The notes beneath the pieces are model-generated. The model ran no database searches. It saw only the letters and a program-made list of their open reading frames with translations, and had not been told where the DNA came from. 64,000 nt of DNA from an uncultured Candidatus Saccharibacteria bacterium. Lineage in GTDB: Bacteria > Patescibacteriota > Minisyncoccia > Phycocordibacterales > UBA9973. The translations under genes were made by a program, and so were the position numbers. The stretch's first letter is position 1, and each line of letters begins with the position of its first letter. The stretch is from positions 234,410 to 298,409 of the forward strand of contig CAZGOI010000001.1 of assembly GCA_964527185.1 (NCBI GenBank). Direction: 5' to 3'. Below, one piece after another: positions 58,627 through 64,000 of this stretch.

Positions 58627-60326
58627 TAAAAGAGAAAATTATAAATTCAATAAAAGGGGCTTTCAAAAATCTTGGGATAGAAACCAAAGATATTGTTCTC
58701 GAACATCCAACAGATTTTAAAAACGGGGACTATTCTACAAATGCGACCCTAATCTATGCCAAAGAGCTTAATGCAAACCCAAAAGATTTGGCAGAAAAAA
58801 TAAAATCGACCCTTCAAAATGCTCAGGGTGAATTTCCTTTTATCAAGGAAATTCAAGTTGCCGGCCCAGGGTTTATCAATTTTTATTTGTCTCAAGATTT
58901 TTTTACCAATTCTATAAAACAAATTTTAGACCAAAAAGAAAATTGGGGTAAAAATGAAATGCTAAAAGGTAAAAAAGTCATGGTCGAGTACACCCAGCCA
59001 AATCCCTTTAAACCATTTCACATCGGCCACCTCATGAGTAACGCCATCGGCGAATCTATTTCTCGCATTGTTGAATTTTCTGGTGCTAAAACAATTCGTG
59101 CCAACTATCAGGGTGACGTTGGTCCGCATGTCGCAAAAGCTATTTGGGGCATAATTAATTCAGGCCTTGACTATAAAGAAAAAGATGCACTTTGGATAGG
59201 GGAAATGTATGCCAAAGGGAGCGATGCCTATGACAATAACATAGAAGCCAAGGAGGAAATAGACGAAATCAATAGAAAAATTTACGACCATAGTAACCAA
59301 GAGATAAACGAGATCTATAGCTGGGGTCGGCAAGTCACCCTCGATGCTTTTGAAGAGATTTACAAAACTCTCGGCACAAAATTCAACTACTATTTTTTTG
59401 AAAGTGAAATGGCCCCGATCGGCGAGAAAATAGTAAAAGAAAATCTAGGCAATATCTTCAGCGAATCTGAAGGGGCGATTGTTTTTCATGCCGAGAACTA
59501 TGACCCCAAGCTCCATACCAGAGTTTTCATAAACTCAAAAGGCCTTCCCACATACGAAACAAAAGAACTTGGCTTGACTATGACCAAATTTGAAAAAGAA
59601 AATCCAGATCTCTCCATTATCACTACCGCTATTGAACAGGGCGAGTATATGAAAGTTGTTCAAAAAGCTGTTTCGCTTATCCACCCCGATTATGAATCTC
59701 GCATGAGGCACGTGACCCACGGCATGATGCGCCTCTCTACTGGCAAGATGGCTTCGAGGAAGGGCAACGTCATCACCGGCGAATCTATAATCAATGATTC
59801 GATAGATATGGTGCGCCAAAAAATGAGCCAGCGAGATTACAGCGACCAAGAGAAAAATGATATTTCAAAAAAGGTCGGAATCGCGGCGCTCAAATATTCG
59901 ATACTTAGATCATCGATCGGCGGAGATATAGTTTACGATTTTGAAAAATCAATATCGTTTGAAGGCGATTCGGGCCCGTATCTGCAATACACAGCCGTGC
60001 GAGCAAATTCTATTTTAGAAAAAGCCAAAAAAGAAAATATAGATATGGATATAGACAATAGACCCGAGGAAATTACAAATCTCGAGCGGCTCGTCTACCA
60101 ATTCAAAGAAGTGGTCGAGCGTTCATATGAAGAGCTTGAACCGCACCACCTCGCCACCTATCTGATAGAGCTTGCGAGCGCCTTCAATTCTTTTTATGCG
60201 ACTACTGTGGTAGTTGATAAAAGTGATAAAAATTCACCTTACCGCATTGCTTTAACCAAAGCATTTTTTCAAACGATGAAAAACGGCCTCTGGCTCCTCG
60301 GTATCGAAACCCCAGAGAAAATGTAA
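58623..60326 (+). CDS. argS: Arginine--tRNA ligase
   Basis: 567 aa. HIGH (PFHIGHLMS), class-I core and DALR anticodon-binding domain. Confidence 0.9.
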   Translation: MIKEKIINSIKGAFKNLGIETKDIVLEHPTDFKNGDYSTNATLIYAKELNANPKDLAEKIKSTLQNAQGEFPFIKEIQVAGPGFINFYLSQDFFTNSIKQILDQKENWGKNEMLKGKKVMVEYTQPNPFKPFHIGHLMSNAIGESISRIVEFSGAKTIRANYQGDVGPHVAKAIWGIINSGLDYKEKDALWIGEMYAKGSDAYDNNIEAKEEIDEINRKIYDHSNQEINEIYSWGRQVTLDAFEEIYKTLGTKFNYYFFESEMAPIGEKIVKENLGNIFSESEGAIVFHAENYDPKLHTRVFINSKGLPTYETKELGLTMTKFEKENPDLSIITTAIEQGEYMKVVQKAVSLIHPDYESRMRHVTHGMMRLSTGKMASRKGNVITGESIINDSIDMVRQKMSQRDYSDQEKNDISKKVGIAALKYSILRSSIGGDIVYDFEKSISFEGDSGPYLQYTAVRANSILEKAKKENIDMDIDNRPEEITNLERLVYQFKEVVERSYEELEPHHLATYLIELASAFNSFYATTVVVDKSDKNSPYRIALTKAFFQTMKNGLWLLGIETPEKM

Positions 60327-60360
60327 TTTACAATAAGATATTTTTCTAGTATTATCTATT

Positions 60361-60525
60361 TATATGCATTGAAGAGGTCCCGTCCGAATAGTCCGGGCAG
60401 GCATCACCTCCGAGCATTGGGAAGAAATACCGAGCTAGTAAAGCAAGGTAAAGTAGAGCCCTAGTTTTATGAGCAAAAATCAAGGTGGTACCGCGGGATA
60501 AAACTCGCCCTTGGAAGTAATTTCA
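60361..60525 (+). promoter_or_regulatory. T-box-like leader upstream of ileS
   Basis: Conserved T-box sequence aaucaAGGUGGUACCGCGG at 60477-60497, with UGGU to pair with NCCA. Candidate specifier AUC at 60403-60405. AGUA/GA-like stem-I elements. Confidence 0.5.
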
Positions 60526-60558
60526 TTATTATTTCTATGGGCGAATTTTATTTTATAT

Positions 60559-63500
60559 ATGCAAGAAGACGAAAAAAATAACAAGTCCGAAAATGCTCTA
60601 CGCGAGGAAGCAGTTTTGAAGTTTTGGGATCAAAATCAAATTTTCAAAAAAACTCTAGACAAAAAATCTCCAAAGGGCGAGTTCATTTTCTACGAAGGCC
60701 CACCGACGGCCAATGGCAAACCAGGCATTCACCACCTCGAGGCCAGAGCTTTTAAAGATGCAATTCCACGCTACAAAACAATGCGGGGCTATCACGTCTA
60801 TAGAAAGGGCGGTTGGGATACCCATGGTCTGCCAGTCGAATTGCAAGTCGAAAAAGAGCTGGGCCTCAATTCAAAAAAAGCAATTGAAGAATACGGCATC
60901 GCCAAATTCAACCAAGAATGTAAAAAAAATGTCTGGAAGTATTTAGAATATTGGAACGATTTTACCAAGCGTATTGGTTACTGGGTTGACCAAGACAACC
61001 CGTATGTGACCTACCACAATAGTTACATAGAATCTGTTTGGAATATTTTAAAAAAAGTTAACGAAGAAAATCTTTTATACAAAGATTACAAAGTTGTCCC
61101 GTGGTGCCCGCGCTGTGGCACGGCGCTATCTTCGCATGAACTCGCGCAGGGGTATGAAAATGTCAAAGACCTTTCTGTAACAGCGAAATTTAAAGTTAAA
61201 GGGCAAGACAACACCTATCTTTTGGCCTGGACGACGACTCCGTGGACCCTGCCCGACAATGTTGCGCTTGCAGTCGGCAAAGATATTGAATATGTCAAAA
61301 TAAAAACAAAAGGTGAAATTTTAATTCTTGCAAAAAACCGACTCATAATACTTGGTGATAATAGTTATGAAATACTTCAGACGCTAAAAGGCAGTGAGCT
61401 CGTTGACCTTGTGTATGAACCTCTTTATCAATACCTTGTACAAAATATTTCTGATACTGAAAAACCAAAACTTGAAAAAGCTTACAGAGTTTATCCAGCT
61501 AACTTTGTTACGACCGAAGATGGTACAGGTATTGTTCACACTGCGGTTATGTATGGTCAAGATGATTTTATTCTTGGCACCCAAATCGGTCTACCAAAAT
61601 TCCACCTCGTTAATCCAGATGGTAAATTTTTACAGAATACAGATTTTCTGTCTGGTCGTTTTGTCAAAGACGAGGAAGTGGCAGTCGATATCATCAAAGA
61701 CCTTGCCTCGCGTGGTTTGCTTTTTCATAAAGAAAAATATGAACACTCGTATCCATTTTGTTGGCGTTGCAAGACTCCGCTCATCTACTACGCTCGCGAT
61801 TCTTGGTATATCAGAATGTCGAGCCTGAGAGAAAAACTCATAAAAGAAAATCAAACTATAAATTGGGAACCAGAACATACTCGCGATGGGCGTTTTGGCG
61901 AATGGCTTTCTGAAGTAAAAGATTGGGCCCTTTCCCGCGAGAGGTATTGGGGCACACCACTGCCGGCTTGGAATTGCAAATCTTGCAACAAACTCTGTGT
62001 AATCGGAAGTATCAGCGAATTGCAATCAAAAACAAAAAAATCTGGCAACACATATTTCATCATGCGGCACGGCGAGACGACGCACAATGTTAAAAATCTG
62101 GTCAGCGTCACATTAAATAGTGGTAGCCATCTGACAGAAAAAGGTAAAGAAGAAACTATAAAATCGGCCAAGAGTTTAAAAGGCAAGGGAATAGATTTGA
62201 TCATAACTTCGCCATTTAATCGCACACAAGAAACTTCAAAAATTGTCGCCGACACTATCAGCCTTGATCATAAAGACATAATACTCGACGATCGCTTGCA
62301 CGAAATCTCTGTGCCGATGTACGAAGGTCGGGCTTGGGCCGAATACCATAGGGATTTCCCAAAGACAGTCGAGAACTGGGGCAAGGCGCCCGAAGGCAAC
62401 GAATCATATGAAGGCATGAAAAGACGATCGATGAATTTCTTGTTTGAACTTGAAGAGAAATATAAAAATAAAAAAATCCTGATAGTCACCCACGGCGGGC
62501 CATCGTGGCTCATGATCGCTGGCGCCAGGATGCTCGACACCGAGAAAACCCTGGCTCTCATTCGCGACAATAAAGATTTTCATTATCTCAAAAATTCTGA
62601 AATTCAAGATCTGCCATTTGTTTCATTCCCTCACGATAAAAATTATGACCTAGACCTGCACCGCCCGTATATAGACGAGGTTTCGCTTGCCTGCGACTGT
62701 GGTGGCGACCAAGAGAGAACAAAAGAAGTCATCGACGTCTGGTTCGACTCTGGGGCAATGCCTTTTGCAGAGTACCACTATCCGTTTGAAAATAAAAAAT
62801 GGATCGAAGGCAAAGGTTACCCAGCTGATTTTATTTCAGAAGCCATAGACCAAACCCGTGGCTGGTTCTACACCCTTCATGCCATAGGTATTTTGATGGA
62901 TCGCGGTAAGGCATTTAAAAATGTTATTTGCCTTGGCCACCTGCTCGATAAAGATGGCAAAAAAATGTCTAAATCGCTCGGCAATATTGTCGACCCATGG
63001 GAGATGATAGATAAATATGGTGTCGATAGTCTAAGGCTTTGGATGTATTCTGTAAACCAACCTGGTGAATCAAAAAACTTTGACGAAAAAACGATTTCTG
63101 AACTTCACGGCAAAGTTTTTAACCTGCTCTACAATGTCCTAGCCTTCTACGAACTCTATCGAAATAAAGAAGAAGAGAAAGAAAAATATAAAGAATCTAA
63201 AAATATTTTAGACAGATGGATTGTCGCTCGGTTAAATACCCTGATAGAATTTTCGACTTCTCAGTTAGATGAATATAAACTGCTTAACCCAGTGCGTGAA
63301 ATGCAAAAATTCATCGACGACCTCTCGACTTGGTACCTCAGGCGTTCTCGAGATAGGTTAAAAAATGGCGACAAAGACGCAAAGAAAACTTTGTATTTTA
63401 TTCTTAGAAATCTAACTCAAATAATGGCGCCACTTGCTCCATTTTCGACCGAAGATATTTGGCAGAAGTTAAAATTAAGTGACGACACAGAGAGCGTGCA

Positions 63501-64000
63501 TCTATCAAGCTGGCCAGAGTTTTCAAAGCTTGGGAAAAAAGAAAATAAATTGCTCGCCGATATGGAAGTAACCCGGGAAATATGTCGAGTTGCAAATTCT
63601 CTTCGCCAAAAGGCCAATATTCCTGTCCGCCAACCACTGTCTTTGCTTAAAATCAAAAAATCTGATCTAGGCGAAGAATATTTAGAAATCATAAAAGACG
63701 AGATCAATGTCAAAGAAATCAAAATAGATAGCTCTATGCAAATCGAAGTAAACCTCGAGACCCACATCAGCCTAGAACTGCGCGGGGAGGGGCAATATCG
63801 TGAACTCGTGCGGGCAATTCAAGATATGCGCAAAGAAAAGGGCCTAAACCCGAGCGATGTCATAACACTCGAAGTCAAGACGGGCACAGAAGGCCAGGAA
63901 CTCATAAATAAATTCAAAGATGAACTCGCAAAAACCATAAATGCTAAAGAAATCAAAATATGCGACACGTCTGGCACAGATATAAAAATAGGGGACATCG
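60559..64000 (+). CDS. ileS: Isoleucine--tRNA ligase (partial, runs off window), with in-frame histidine-phosphatase-like domain insertion
   Basis: Translated by hand in frame 1: MQEDEKNN...PTANGKPGIHH, KMSKS at ~62953. No stop to the window end. Absent from the ORF track because it is open-ended. Confidence 0.88.
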   Translation, partial: MQEDEKNNKSENALREEAVLKFWDQNQIFKKTLDKKSPKGEFIFYEGPPTANGKPGIHHLEARAFKDAIPRYKTMRGYHVYRKGGWDTHGLPVELQVEKELGLNSKKAIEEYGIAKFNQECKKNVWKYLEYWNDFTKRIGYWVDQDNPYVTYHNSYIESVWNILKKVNEENLLYKDYKVVPWCPRCGTALSSHELAQGYENVKDLSVTAKFKVKGQDNTYLLAWTTTPWTLPDNVALAVGKDIEYVKIKTKGEILILAKNRLIILGDNSYEILQTLKGSELVDLVYEPLYQYLVQNISDTEKPKLEKAYRVYPANFVTTEDGTGIVHTAVMYGQDDFILGTQIGLPKFHLVNPDGKFLQNTDFLSGRFVKDEEVAVDIIKDLASRGLLFHKEKYEHSYPFCWRCKTPLIYYARDSWYIRMSSLREKLIKENQTINWEPEHTRDGRFGEWLSEVKDWALSRERYWGTPLPAWNCKSCNKLCVIGSISELQSKTKKSGNTYFIMRHGETTHNVKNLVSVTLNSGSHLTEKGKEETIKSAKSLKGKGIDLIITSPFNRTQETSKIVADTISLDHKDIILDDRLHEISVPMYEGRAWAEYHRDFPKTVENWGKAPEGNESYEGMKRRSMNFLFELEEKYKNKKILIVTHGGPSWLMIAGARMLDTEKTLALIRDNKDFHYLKNSEIQDLPFVSFPHDKNYDLDLHRPYIDEVSLACDCGGDQERTKEVIDVWFDSGAMPFAEYHYPFENKKWIEGKGYPADFISEAIDQTRGWFYTLHAIGILMDRGKAFKNVICLGHLLDKDGKKMSKSLGNIVDPWEMIDKYGVDSLRLWMYSVNQPGESKNFDEKTISELHGKVFNLLYNVLAFYELYRNKEEEKEKYKESKNILDRWIVARLNTLIEFSTSQLDEYKLLNPVREMQKFIDDLSTWYLRRSRDRLKNGDKDAKKTLYFILRNLTQIMAPLAPFSTEDIWQKLKLSDDTESVHLSSWPEFSKLGKKENKLLADMEVTREICRVANSLRQKANIPVRQPLSLLKIKKSDLGEEYLEIIKDEINVKEIKIDSSMQIEVNLETHISLELRGEGQYRELVRAIQDMRKEKGLNPSDVITLEVKTGTEGQELINKFKDELAKTINAKEIKICDTSGTDIKIGDI

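Noticed and set aside
60528-60560. Intrinsic terminator completing the T-box
   Set aside because: Only a weak tcgccc/gggcga stem with a ~30-nt loop and no clean U-tract could be drawn. It is not called as a terminator. Translational control or decay of the element remains possible.
62044-62640. Intein inside ileS
   Set aside because: The insert lacks intein splice-junction features (N-terminal Cys/Ser block A, C-terminal HN + Cys/Ser/Thr). It instead carries histidine-phosphatase motifs (RHGE...R...THGG).

Overview
The window reads as a gene-dense, low-GC bacterial chromosome segment, and Candidate Phyla Radiation (Patescibacteria)-like organisation is an inference from several features, not a demonstrated assignment. 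It uses the standard genetic code: TGA terminates gatC and prfB. Many genes look leaderless, with a TATAAT box 6-8 nt before the ATG. tRNAs do not encode CCA. Type IV pili appear to be of the monoderm type, with no secretin in the cluster. Biosynthetic capacity in the window looks small. The contents fall into nine blocks. (1) 147-9086 is a complete type IV pilus operon: pilB, a stand-alone receiver, pilT, pilC, two pilins, pilD, three minor pilins and a TM accessory protein. (2) 9093-12811 encodes ligA, gatC and gatA. (3) 12819-17330 is an accessory-looking stretch: a membrane-anchored HEPN/DUF4145-like protein, an alpha/beta hydrolase, a Cys-rich HExxH membrane protein, a cupredoxin-like secreted protein and a minus-strand tRNA cluster. 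The cluster holds tRNA-Asp, a degenerate tRNA-Asp 5' half-copy, elongator tRNA(CAT) and an initiator-like tRNA(CAT) with an unpaired 1:72. Two plus-strand tRNA-Thr genes follow. (4) 17590-25374 carries a sedolisin/subtilase, an RF2 lacking the frameshift site, an AT-rich K/E-rich coiled-coil protein, ftsEX, pyrG and LOG. (5) 25455-28893 is a tRNA-Gln-linked mosaic. A roughly 375-bp GIY-YIG cassette is flanked by a 22-nt duplication of the tRNA-Gln 3' end. A second 19-nt repeat pair brackets two tiny membrane ORFs. A Nudix gene, a cyclase, and an AT-rich CxxxCxxC (radical-SAM-like) gene follow. (6) 29039-32873 is a MarR / two-MFP / DHA2-MFS efflux operon. (7) 32968-39001 holds redox and membrane genes: a DAO-like FAD oxidoreductase, a cytochrome b5-domain protein, DoxX, a beta-barrel-like secreted protein, an EamA transporter, riboflavin kinase and an ECF sigma factor. 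(8) 39251-50554 carries DedA, two GT2 genes and a PAP2 gene, then a MacAB-like MFP/ABC/permease cluster bracketed by paralogous small secreted proteins, then S9 and HtrA proteases. (9) 50590-64000 is a thymidylate and nucleotide-sanitation cluster with dCMP deaminase, MazG, folA, thyA, glyA, three Nudix genes, tmk and dut plus unknowns, followed by argS, a T-box-like leader and a partial ileS. The most unusual observation is in ileS. Its zinc-knuckle/CP2 region carries an in-frame insertion of about 190 aa with all the hallmark motifs of a histidine-phosphatase (PGAM-like) domain. Also notable are two distant membrane-fusion-protein paralogs that share a conserved ~110-aa inserted domain.
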